A stretch of DNA of 64,000 nucleotides from Alphaproteobacteria bacterium (GTDB lineage: Bacteria; Pseudomonadota; Alphaproteobacteria; UBA8317). Location: positions 1 through 64,000 of the forward strand of contig JAYPQH010000017.1 of NCBI GenBank assembly GCA_038131935.1, in the 5' to 3' direction. Under the pieces are notes generated by a model. It saw only the letters and a program-made list of their open reading frames with translations. It was not told where the DNA came from and did not search any database. The position numbers and the translations under genes are program-made. This document shows positions 1-12,568 of the stretch, in pieces; within the stretch, counting starts at the first letter, position 1; every line of letters starts with the position of its first letter.

Positions 1-535
1 CATCTTGTTTGACGTTCCATGCAGACTTACGCGCGATTAAATTATCAATTCGTTCCGATAACGCCTTCAATTGGCGATCAGATAAAGTGTCATGTTTTGC
101 GATACCCAACGCAGAATTTACGACCGCGTCTAGGATACGCTCGCAAAAATCAAGTGCAGTCCTCTTTGGCGAGGTATTAGTTGTAGCAGAACTGGCCGGT
201 TAAGTAATGACGATTTCCGCTACTGCGGGAGCACGACGCGAGCGCGCGCACAGGCGTGCCAAAAAACTCTTCTATCGTCAACAAAGGGTACATAAAGGAA
301 CACAATGCTGGACGACTTAAACTAATCCTTTGTTTTAAAGGAAAAATCACCCAACACGTGGTACCCGCGGCCAGAACACATGTAAATCTCACTGCATTGT
401 TTTTATTGTGTTTTATAGATTATTGACTAGATCCGTGAGTGCCTTTAGAGCCGATTTTGAGTTCCTTATCGATGCACAAATTCAAGAACTGCGCCTGTGC
501 AAAGCGGTCCTCAAACAGCTTTGAAGACCACTTCT

Positions 536-3500
536 TTAGATATAGTCATAGACAATATTCAACTGATCCAGTGACGTTACATCCATACCCGCGAGATCTA
601 TTGTGAGGTTATTCCAAACAAGATTTCCATTGCTGATGTTGCTTTGATCGAGCTCGCTTTGCCCTGACGCTAAGTAGAACTTTAGCTTATCGTCCGAACT
701 ATAGTCACTAATGGTATCAGTCTGAGCATTTGTGCTCGACACAAATTCAAATACATCAGCGCCTGTCCCACCGATCAATGTGTCGTTTCCTTCACCACCA
801 AACAAGACATCATTCCCTGCACCACCATTCAAGGTATCATCACCTTCTGCGGCCCAAAGTATGTCGTCTCCGGCCTCCCCTTCCAAAGTAAGAGCAATTC
901 CACCCATATCGAAAGTTTTGGCGAAGTCAGGTCAACTATATCGTCACCAGCACCAGCCTTAATTGTTTCAAGATTCAGTGCACGAGCTACTGTGGTTCGA
1001 CCAAGACCGTCATCTACTGCTGTTAAACTGGAGTGCAGCCCTGAATAACTGTCATGCAAGAAAAACGCATCCCCTGTTGAGCTATCAGACAGGATGAGTG
1101 TGTCAGCATCGTCTCCTGCATCTAGCACAGTTGAATACTTGGTCTTTCCATCAAGTGCTTGCCGATCGTTCGTTTCAACATTCCAAGCTCGATAGGAAGA
1201 GCTCCATGTATCTGAACTTTGCAGCGTGATGGTATCATTACCAGCTTCCGCCTGAACCAAGTCTGCACCCTCACCGGCTGAAATATGATCCACTTGATCT
1301 GTGCCTAAGAGTAAATCTGAAGCAGGAGTCTGGCTATCATTCAGGAGCGGCAGATTGGTATTAACGCTCGGTAATGCTGTTGAAGCGATTAGATCAGCTA
1401 CTTTAAATCGATGTATTTCAACTATGTTCTCAAAACTTACAGTTGCTGTAATCGATGAGAGATCATCTATCAGACTAACATCGACAGCACCCGTTTCTAG
1501 ATTAACCAGCCCCTCTTGCGAACTTACCCACGAAATAGAGCCCCCATTCCAATTATCTGGAAGCTTAATATAGTTGGCTTTGGTAACAAAATCGTTGTAT
1601 CCTATAAGTGCATTAGCAAGCGCGTTTGGATTAACCATTGTTGCAATTATTTTATTGTCAGCGTAGCTGATGTCGCTTCCACGCGTATCGACTAAGTCAA
1701 CACGAACGAGCTCACCCTTGACGGGCAGGTTCATGCCAAACATTCTGTCACCATGAACTGCCCCGTTGGGCACTGCGAGATGTTCAGTGGACAACCCAGC
1801 ATCAGTCATGTAAGTGACACGAGCGACGAATTCAGTGTTGGAATGAATATCGCCTGAGTTTCGAACTACGTCGAAGTAGTCAGCTGGCAGGTCGCCAATG
1901 CTTTTACGAACTCTCATCGTAATATCTGGTGACGGGATCGCACCAGCACCTAAAGCGCTACCGTTGATGTCGATGAGATCTGCAGTGACATAATAGACAT
2001 CTTGGTTAAATTTATGTGGTAGACGTGCTTCGTCAAAGCCAAACGGATTTTGCGAATTTATAACTACCCACTCTTTTGTCAGGTTAAGAGTGTGAACGCT
2101 TTGATCATCTAGCGTAACTTTTATCAAGAACGCATTGGGCGTTTCGTTGTCAATCTTGATCTTGTTTCCGGGTTTATCCGGCCGCTCTTTGATGGAAATA
2201 ACGGTGTTGTAACCACGATCTGCGCTACGCTCATCTGTGTATATTAATTCGGCTAGAACAATCTCCCTTGCATCGCCAGCTACACCTGTAATTTCACCGG
2301 TATTAAAAGCTCGCTCAGGCAGATCCCATATAGAGAAGTAACCATCACCAGCGTATCCGCCGTCTTCACTATCGACACCATCAATCTCGTTCGGGGACCA
2401 TTTAACCAGCCTATCGGCGTTTGGCATCAACCGCTCAGACAATTCCCAGTCTGAGAATAAGGCAAACTGATAGTCAGAGGCCTTGCTCTGACTTCCTGCC
2501 ATTGGCGAAGTCACCATAGAAACGTTTCCAGATCCATCAATGCGATAGTTAGGAAGGTAAACGCCATTGTCCTGATCAAACGCCCAGTCGGATCCTATCA
2601 TACCGTTGTTGACGTAACTCACGACCGTTCCGTCATCTAGAGTATCAGTAATTTCAAATGAAATGTCCGGATTTACACCCGAGTTATATGGAAAACTGGC
2701 GTCAAAAGCGACGTGACCAATTCCGCCCCCATGACCAAAGAATTCGTGTTGAGTAGTAATCGTACCTACATCACCGCCGCCTTTGTAACCACCACCAACG
2801 CCACCACCTTCGCCGGCATCTATACTGGTATTGGAATACCAACCGTTGTGGGTCCAACCACCAGCAAGGAAGTTTGCACCAACCATCTTAGCCGAGTTGG
2901 CGTAGGCCCAATTAATAGTTCCACCGAATCCACCACCTCCCCAAAAGGTGTCAGCTCCTGGCAAGTTGTCCTTATCACCCGTCATAAGCATAGGTGTAGA
3001 CATAGACCCATTTGCATTAATGGCTTTTTCAACAATGTCTATTGGCCATGTAAGGAAGCGAATACCTGCAAAAGGTGACTTGGCCAAAAGCTCTTCGCCT
3101 AAGCTTGTTAAACCGCCTTCTATGCGACCGATATCTTTATCCACTCCTAATGAGGCGTGATAAAGCGACATCGTGACAACAGCACCCGCTCCTACGTCAG
3201 GAGAAATTAGTCCGCTCTCATCCTCAATCAAATCATAGCCCAGCGACTCTAAGGAGTATGGGGAACCATTTATCAGCAACTCAAATGTTACCCCAGGCGC
3301 CACCCACGCTCCGGGAACGCTGACTACATAGCTGTCATCAAGCGTATGCCCACGATCCAAATCGGCAAGATTGGTATCTGAAGGAAGATCAACACTTTTT
3401 GGCAGTAGATCAGGTCCGCTGAGCACACGCTGCCCTAACTTATTCCCCTGTGCATCGTATACAGCAACCTCGAATTCCGGTGCCGGCTGCCCCGAAGCAC

Positions 3501-6500
3501 TCGTCGCATTCACTTTAAACTGCACCCAGCGATCTGCAACCAACTTCAAGTAGGGATCATCTGGACGTTGCACGTAAGTTTGAGCAAAAAAGACATCTTC
3601 CAATACAAAATCGTCAGAGATCGGCGTTGAATAATCTGCCGCGATAGCGACATATTCAGGATCGTCAAAGCGGATTTCAGTGATGCTGACTGGGCTATCC
3701 GTGTATTCCGTATATGGAATAATTTTAATTGCTGCGGGTGTACTAGTATTCACTCCGTCGCTTACAGTGACATGGAACTGATCATACCCTTTAAACTCTT
3801 CGCCGTTCGGAACATAAGTGTATGCACCGGTCACCGAGTCCAGTGTTAACGTGCCGAAAATCGGTGCGTCCACTAATTCAAATGTTAAGTTACGGCCTTC
3901 AGGGTCTGTTGCGTCGATCTTGCCTTGAATGGCACCAAGCGTTGTTGCGCCACTACTGTCGCCATTCTCAACGATAGCGGAAACAAGCGGCTCGTAGTTG
4001 GGTAGATCTGTTAGCGTAAAGTCAACAATATCGCGACCGAGCATATCCTTCACTGTGACGAGCAAATTTTCACCTGACTCGTCGGTAGTCTGATTGAATG
4101 TTAAATCTTTAAAACGTGAATCGCCATTTGCTATGTAAAGACGCCCAAAATGACCCAAAGGAACATCAACGAAGTTATATTCGACGCCATCGGGGTCGAT
4201 CATTTTAAGATTGATACGATAAACTTTGTTCTGATCGGATTTGGGAACAGCAAACGTCGCTGAAGAAGCCGTCGCATCAGCTGAATTTTCAGCGTAAACG
4301 CCATTGTTAATTTCTATTAAGGATCCGACGACTTCAGGAGTGCGGCCTGCTTCTTTTGCAATCACAAAATCATAAAAAACTAACTCAGAGCCTGAGTCGC
4401 TCTGCACAAGTTGAATCGTATTAGAGGCTGAATCATATTGAACGTTAACAGATCGCCCTGATGGCAATCGAGAGTTAATTTCTGTTTCAATCGAACTTGC
4501 TAGCTCTGCGAGATTATTGCTCAGATTTAATTCAATATATTCCAGTGCCGCCACGTCTTGACCGTCGGCGTCTTTGATGCGTAGGAACAACGCTGCTGCT
4601 TGCTCAGCATCGGACTCGTAAAGACTTAGCTGACTACCTGGGATGTGGTTGAATTCTTCGAGAAGGTTTAACGTTTGATTATCAATAAGCGGGGTTTGGT
4701 TACCGCAGAGACTCTCAAGCGTTAGATCGTCAAATATCAGATCAGGTGATACTTCAAGAGTCGAGGAGGCGTTCGAACTAAGAAGCTCACTAACTACCGC
4801 TATGGCATCGAGTGCAGTTCCGTCAGAGGGTAAGGCTTGGCCCGACAAAACTGAGCTGGGTATTACTTCAAAAACGTCAGAACCAGGTACTTTCCATGAA
4901 ACATTGAAATAATTGAAGTCTTTACCCCACTCATCGTTACTACCGCCATCCTCATATAAAATCCAAAAGCGATAGCTTGCCGTTCTCTTCCAAATTAATG
5001 GAAATATTCTTACCATCAAACTTAGTTTTGTAACGATCGACGTAATGGCGCTGAATACCTCCGTTGACTTCGATGTAGAGGGCTAAACGGTCATCTGCTA
5101 AAACATTTAGCACGTATTGACCGCTTACTTCAGGCGTCAGAACTCCGGCCAATGCAATAATTGACTCATTAGATGCAACCGAAGCAGCGTCTAGCGTCGT
5201 GTCGATTAAATTGGTGGTTAGCTTTTCTTGTGAAACCTTGCCTTTTGTCGGCAGGGTAGGTACTTCATCATAAGCTAACGTATCAGTTGTGAAGAAAACT
5301 GGAGTCGAAGCTTTTAGAAACTCAATATCAATGAGTTTATTAAAGTCGCTAACGCCCTCAATTACAAAGCCAGAAACCGCGTTCGAAAGAGGGCCATGTG
5401 TAGATACATAATACTCAACCTGCTCAGTCGTCCCATCAGGCAGATGTCGTGTCGCAGTCATAACAGCCTTGCCTGTCGAGACTACCACCCCTTCATGACT
5501 AATCACTGTCGTTTCTGAACTACTCCAATCGAGATCACCCAAAGCATCTTGGTTTGGTAGACTCAAACGACCAGAAACAGTAATCGGTGCTAATGAAGAC
5601 AGTCCTATATCGGAATCAAGAGCCAGCAATTCGCCAGCCACATCTTGATGTAATAAGCGATTCAGCAGGTCTTCATCAAACAAATCTGTTCTAGTAGGTG
5701 TATACACCTGATTGAGAGGGCCTCCACTGGTACGAGCGGTTTCTAACCCTAATGAACTTATAAAATCTTGCATAGGCTGCTGAATGGTCGTTGTTCCAAG
5801 ATTAAGGATCACGCCGCCCTCTGTACGAGCCATCCATTCACGAATCGTGTTTATCTCTTCAATTGTTACGTTACCCTCCAGGATCACAAGGTCAACAGGC
5901 TCAGACCAGGTGCTATCTACATCCAACGCATCGGAAAGAATATCACCGGCATTAAGGGCGCCACTCACCGATGAGGGCTTACTGTAATTGAAAGAGGTAA
6001 TCTTGAGCGAATGTGCGTCATCAGCAGAGTAGTTATAGCTACGGGCGTCTTTGTAGGTAAAGTCGCTAGTCACCATCGGGTCACCCAGGTTCAGAACATA
6101 GAGGGTAGTATCGCTATCCGTTCCTCTATTGACCCCACTCGCCCAGTTCATTGAGTTGAAAACAACACGTCCCCAATCGCCATTCCCCGGATCTTGGTAC
6201 AAACCCTCTTGCATTAAATTCTGGATCGCAAATAGAGCAACACGTCCGCCTGTTTGCTGTTGAGAGAACGCAAGTAAAGCCGCCTTTATCGGTATTAAAG
6301 AGAGTGCTCGTTAACGACCAGTCATCAGCCTGTGTGTAGGATTTCGTCGATAAATAGTCATAGTTCCCGCCTCTCAAAGTGCCGTCAGAGTTGCGATCGA
6401 TCATCACCAACCCTTCATTTAGGTTGACCTCAGACACACCTTCAAACAGTTTTGTCTTCACCAAAGAGACAGAATTATCCATTGTCAGCACATGCTGTTG

Positions 6501-9500
6501 CTGTCCAACGTTAAGCGTTACAGACTGCGTTTCCTCATATTCACCATCACTTACATTCACGGAAAAGACATATTCACTTTTTTCGGAAGCTACAGCGGTT
6601 TGTTTAAGCCGGACTTCACCCGACAAAGGATCAATACTCAACAATGAAGCATCCGTTCCGCTAACAGAGTAGGACAAGCTGTCACCGTCAAGGTCTTGAG
6701 CAATAGCCTTAAAGACCACAGTGGTGAGCGGGGCATTCTCCTCGACGAAACCCGACGCATTAGGACTCAGAAAATCGGGAGCATTATCGTTTACATTCAG
6801 CACATTCAGCGTAACCTTCTGAGCGGCGTCAGTATTCACACCATCCGATGCTATAACGGTGAAACTATATGATGATTTAGACTCGTAATCCGCAGGTGTT
6901 TTGAGAGAGACTTCCCCAGTAATTGAGTCAATTTCGAACAGGCCCGCATCCTTTCCACCTAAAGAATAGTCCAGAACGCTTCCGTCGCCATCAGATGCCT
7001 GCGCTGTGACCAATATTGTTCGTAGACGAATTTTCAACCACAGTTACTGTAACCGATGGTGCTGAAAACACTGGCATAGTTTCATCAATATCATTGACCA
7101 CGACAATGACATCTTGACTCGCTACCGATGCTCCACCATCAGATACATTGACAGTAAAATAATAGCTACTCTTAACCTCGAAGTCAGGAACAGACGTTAA
7201 TCTTACCTCGCCAGTTTCTGCGTCAATGACACCCGCATCCTTATCGGTACCACTTAAGGTATAAGTGAGTAAATCCCCATCCTTATCAGATGCTGATGCA
7301 TCAAAGACTACATCAGATGACAACGAGTTCTCATCAATTTTGACGGTCTGTGTCGCAACATCAAAGGTTGGAGCATTATCGTTAAGGTTGTTTACACTCA
7401 CGGAAAGAATTTGGCTATCGCGTGGGTTTATACCGTCGGTCAAAGATAGGGTGAGGCTATAACTCTGCTTAGCCTCAAAGTCTGCGGGCTGAAGAAGACG
7501 AACTGCTCCGCGTTCACTAACAGTGAATAGTGACGCATCCGGTCCTGATAACGAATAACTAATAGTTGCATCCGAAGTAGAGTTATCGCTAAGTTCTGCT
7601 GTGTAGATAACCGGTAGTCCTGCATCGTTTTCGTCAATACTTAGGCTGACCGTTTCAGATGCGAATTGAGGGGCGTTGGAGACAGGGCTGGCCATATCTA
7701 TTGCAGACCAAGTAATCGTCAGCTTTGGGCGCAATGTTGGGTCAGTTGCCTCGAAAGAGTGTATTGGCGTACCGTCGGAGTTGGTGCTGGGAATCAATGC
7801 CCATCCGTTGTTTTGGGATTCTCCTGCAACCCACGCTTTCAAGCTATCAGTGACGTCAAAGGTTAGTGTGGCGGCGGTCGAGGAATAAGGAGCTGAATCT
7901 TCGGCATCAGTAGCTAGCGAGACATTAGAAGGCAGTAGATCAGAACCTTCCCAGGTAATTGAGTCTGACCATTCAGATACGATTGGAACCAAATCAAAAG
8001 ATGCAAACCCCTCGGTGGTTTCCAGCTGAAGGATTGCTTTAAAAATATCGGACTGATACTTAATTTGCCCCTCCGCATCACCAAAAATATCGGTAAATTT
8101 GATGAGTGGAATTGCCTTCTCATTGGGTGCCCATCGTCCATCCACGACAATACGTTGCGAATCCTCCTGTGAGCCAACAACCTCTTTGCCTATGTATGTG
8201 TCTTGGCCTGTTGTAAAAGTTGTCTCTTCACCAACCGCAGCCACAACAGTTATAGATGCCAGCCCGCCATCGGAGTTTGCAACGTTAATTGTAATCGCTT
8301 CGCTACCGCTAAAATCGGCAGAGGGTGTAAACCGAAACGCTCCGCCGCCAAGTGAAATAAGCTCACCGTTTGAAAAATTAGACGCAGGCGTGAATATTAG
8401 TGCGCCATTGCTTTCGAGGTTCCAAACATTGTCTGATAGATCAAAATCAATACTGGTTGAACTGTCTTTCACCAAAACCAGCGTTTCTTCGGGGTCAATA
8501 ACATCGATCACCGACCAATCAGGCAAGTGTGCTACAGCATCTCTATCTGCGGAAGTAATTTTGTTACCGTTCTTATCTTGGAAATTCCATGCGTCAAAGT
8601 GAGGTGACAAATCACGACCGATAATTGTAGATAGCCTCACAAAAAGCTGTGAAACCTCTTGCTGATCGTTCAGCTGATTTGAGCCAAATCCCCAAGCAAG
8701 GCTTTCAGGGCTATCGTCATAGTAGGTTCTAAAAAACGTTTTAAACGGCTCGAAGCCAAATTCCTGTATAATTTGATGATAGAAAGTCAGCTTTTGCCAA
8801 GGATCCCCAGCCTGATAGGTCAGATTGTTATCGAAAAGCGAGTCCGCTTTTTCAACACGGCGATCAGCTGTCGTATTGTAGTGATATATCCCTAGCTGGT
8901 CGTATACATAGAGCGCAAATATATTGACATTAACTTCGGCGTCGCCGCCGATGGTAAATTCAGTATCTTGGTGTAAGTGTGCAAATTCATGAAATGCGCC
9001 CCATAAACCTTCAGCTTGAAGAGTATCAAGATCTAAAAAGTTATCCGCATAATCAAGGGGGCCCTTATTTGGATACCCTGCGCTTAAGAAGCCAGCCTGC
9101 GTATCCACATCGAACGAGTACGCTTCGGGCCTCAGTCGTTCCTTACCCGAAAGGTCGTCAAGTATATCAATTACCCGACTCCACCAAGTCATAACTTCAG
9201 TGGGGTTATCGAGTGTACGCAAGATATCACTTGGTAAATACAGCTCAATATTACCAGCGGCTAAAACACCAAAGGGCGCTGGATTATCGCGAATCTCATT
9301 AACCCACTCGTCATTCGTTGTTTCACCCAGAATGAAATGTGGAGCTTCAATTGCACCATCGATTTTGAGCGTAACCGTTTGAGCTTGTGTTCCCAGTGGA
9401 ACATCAAGATAAATAAGCCCGCCAAACGCACCAGCAACTTTAATGATGGGTTCATCAATATCGTAAATTCGAGATATTGCATAAGGTGCGCGATCCCACT

Positions 9501-12372
9501 CACTTCGACCAGAGAGATCATCGTTCCAAGTTGAGAGCCTAATTTTTGCACCAATGCCCACCATCTCGCTAGGCACTTCGATATACACTAATTCACCAGG
9601 AGCAGCATAAAGTCCGGTTGTGTAGTACGTGCTCGACTGAGCCGTAACAGGGTCACGATATTGCTCGGCGACATCCAAACTAACTTCACGGATAACGCGC
9701 GCAGCACCATCTGGGATTGCACCATATAAAATTTCTGCTGTTGGATCAGCAGTCACCAACTCTGGCGCCATGATTTTGCGAGCATCGGCCTCTGCCAAGA
9801 GCGTGGCGGTTGCCGAAGAATTACTTGATGGGTTGAATGGATTTTCTGGAGTTGGCTGGATGGTCGGCAAATTTTTGACTATTAAGTCGAAGACCATCAC
9901 CTCACTAACTTCTCCAGACGTTCCGCTCGCACGAAAAGAAAAGCTATCATTCCCAACATAATTTTGGTCAGGCACGTAATACCAGTGACCTTGAGCGTCA
10001 TTTTCAAGCGATCCACGGATTGGTCCACTAACAATTTCAATCAGTGCAATCTCGCTACTCGAATCATTGGCAAGCTCATTAAATTGCTGATCTAAGCGAA
10101 CTTTTTCATTGATATTCGTCGCGCGCAGAGCAGATGCGGGTATGTCCACCGAAAGATCGTAGACAAATTCAGAGGTATAATCCGCGGCGCGGATGTTATC
10201 GCTGTTGGATACAGACAACGTGTAAGCGACAGTGCCAGCATTTAGTTCTATTAAGTCTGTTGCTTCGATAACGATTTGAGCCTGATTTGCCGACACCTCA
10301 CTGGTATATGTCTTACCATTCAGCACTAACGTAACTAGCTGCCCATCTTCAACATAGGAAGTTGTTACATTTAGAGTAGCATCGACCTTGACCTCGCTAC
10401 TGGTGAGCTCGGCGCCGAAATCAAAAGACCCCATAATCTTCGGTGTTGTATCTACAGACATTTCACTAAGGGCGCGTCCTACGAGCTTGATACCTTGGGC
10501 ACTAGTATCATATTGATAACTTGAACCTGTCAGGTAACGGTATCCGGCACCCGAATTACTCGACATGTAAAGTCGAAATTCAATCGTATCGTCAACGCGC
10601 GGCAGTGAATCAAGATTGAATTCAATCAACGTGGCCGCGTTTCCATCCAACACCTGTCGAGCGTCAATGCTAGAGGCAAAACCATCGAGACTCGACCGGA
10701 GCGTCACAAAAGTGTCGCCTGATGCAAAAGAGTAAAACGATGCGCTCAAACTAGACAGTGCTAGCTCTTCATTGGCACCCGGTGTAACCGCAAAGCTTAT
10801 ATACTCGGAGGTGTCAATCGAGCCGCGTGCATCCCACCACAGCGCCCAAACATCATCCCAGCTACCATTCCCAACGCTTGACCCACTTAATTCACCAACA
10901 GACAAAGAGGAGAATTGAGTGGTGCCTGAGATAGTGCTCCCAGCAGACTGAGAGTCAGGGTCGTAACTTGCGAGGACACCTAAGCCACTTGTGATCTCAT
11001 ACTGACCAAGGCTACCATAATCGCTGTAACCTTCACCTATCGAGCTACCTTCGCCTTCGACTTTAAGGTAGTACTCTCCAGCAGCAAGATCATCGAGGGA
11101 AATAAAAGCTGACATTGAGTCATTGATCGAACCATTTTTTACCACGTTAGATGACGAGTCATATAGCGTTGCTGAAATATCAAGATTCGGCGCGAAGCCA
11201 GTAGGCTCTACATTAAGTAGCAGCCGGCCTCCAGTGTGGGAAAATTGGAACCAGTCAGCGTCAATGTTTTGTTCAATAATACCTTGGCCAAAAAGTGTTC
11301 CGAAGCCGTCGTCGAGTATGACCAACTTGGTAGCGAAGGCGCTGGAGTCGGCATGATCATCCACGCGATATCCAAAGCCATTAATGCTACTGGTGATCAC
11401 AGCAAGATCATCTTCTTGATTATTTGCGCCGCTATAATCACCAATGCTCCATTGATTAATGCCGGGTTTCGCAATCCCCATGATCGGTATCCATGTGCCC
11501 GTTCCGGCATCATGTCCAACATAATATCCACCGTCACCGGGGCCATCATGTTGCAAGCCCATGGTGTGGCCAACTTCATGAGAAACGGCCTGAGCGATCA
11601 ATTCAGTATCAAAGTACCCCCATGAACCTTTCTCCGATACATATCCCGGGTAATCACTGTTGCTCGAAAAATAACTACCAGACCAAGCAAAACCATACCC
11701 CGGATCCCCACCGATCAGCACAGAAACGCCCCAATTGAGATCATCATCTCCAGATTTGGTTAATGCACCGCTTAAAGGTGTTTCAGTAGTTACATTAATA
11801 TTGAAGGGTGCAAAATCCTCAGCAACAGCGGCCCAAATTTGCTGAATGTTGAAGCGTTCTTGATCAGACAATGAAGCGGAATTTCCATCTAAGTCGTAGG
11901 GTGATACGTAACGACCATCTGTCCCATTGTTGTTGAAATAGTAATCACCGCCAAAAAAATTGAGATAGATAGTATGATCGGCTTCGGGTAAGGAATTTAG
12001 GGATAGAGATTCAGAGAGTGGCGCGACAAAACCATCTTGTTTGTAACCGGTGTCCCGGATAGCCAGCGAGGCAGTGCCCTGAGCAATCTCATAATTCACA
12101 GAATCCACGAGCTGACAGACGACTGTTTCCGATCCCTCTAAGCTGCCGTCCGTTAAGGGGTTAACTGTAAGAACGACCGAATCCTGCCCCGCAGCAAATT
12201 GCACCGTAGTCTGGATGACTTCGTAATCGGTCCCTGATTGGGCTGTACCGCCGAAGTTTACTGTGCAAGATAAGGCGGTGCTCAGGTCGCCTGAACGAGT
12301 TACTAGAAAAGCTCCGCTCTCGCGCCCCTCTTCAGCCAAATAATCGATCGTTTGGACGGATAAGCTCTGCAT
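536..12372 (-). CDS. Giant (~3,900 aa) RTX/T1SS-secreted multi-metallopeptidase: Calx-beta, metzincin-like peptidase + PPC, Ig/cadherin-like, M60, DNRLRE-like, cadherin x4, PA14, M66-like, RTX tail; 4 frameshifts
   Basis: Five overlapping same-strand ORFs (6991-12459, 6126-7037, 4952-6214, 829-5019, 536-907) whose domains continue across single frame changes near 7015, 6285, 4980 and 918. Motifs: [16 protein letters not shown]...[18 protein letters not shown]-terminal GGxGxD repeats. No Sec signal peptide. Likely start ATG 12372. Confidence 0.8.
749..883 (-). repeat. RTX (hemolysin-type) Ca-binding nonapeptide repeats
   Basis: [33 protein letters not shown] and GGTGADVF, followed by a ~70 aa C-terminal tail typical of T1SS substrates. 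Confidence 0.9.
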
Positions 12373-12568
12373 GGTCAATCTGCTCACAATTAATTTTTTA
12401 TAGACTTTACAATGTATTAATTTATTTTCGATCTTGCAATACATTCGCAACTGTCGCAAACATGCGACTTATCTCATGTAACGTTACTAAACTAAGTAGC
12501 TCCAATTAGTTGTTAATCACAACTACCTCTGAATACATTAGCACTCACAGCCTTCATTTATATATTGC

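Noticed and set aside
1-535. Open minus-strand frame at 1-200, GC-rich motifs (GCGCGCGCA, GGTACCCGCGGCC) loosely similar to 14323-14336, and a 9-bp inverted repeat at 248/492
   Set aside because: No start codon or recognisable family; the matches are short and inexact, so a packaging site or terminal repeat cannot be supported.
536-12459. Five separate genes, or programmed frameshifting, in the peptidase locus
   Set aside because: Breaks fall mid-domain (cadherin, PA14, RTX region), show no shared slippery motif, and occur at the window's background error rate.
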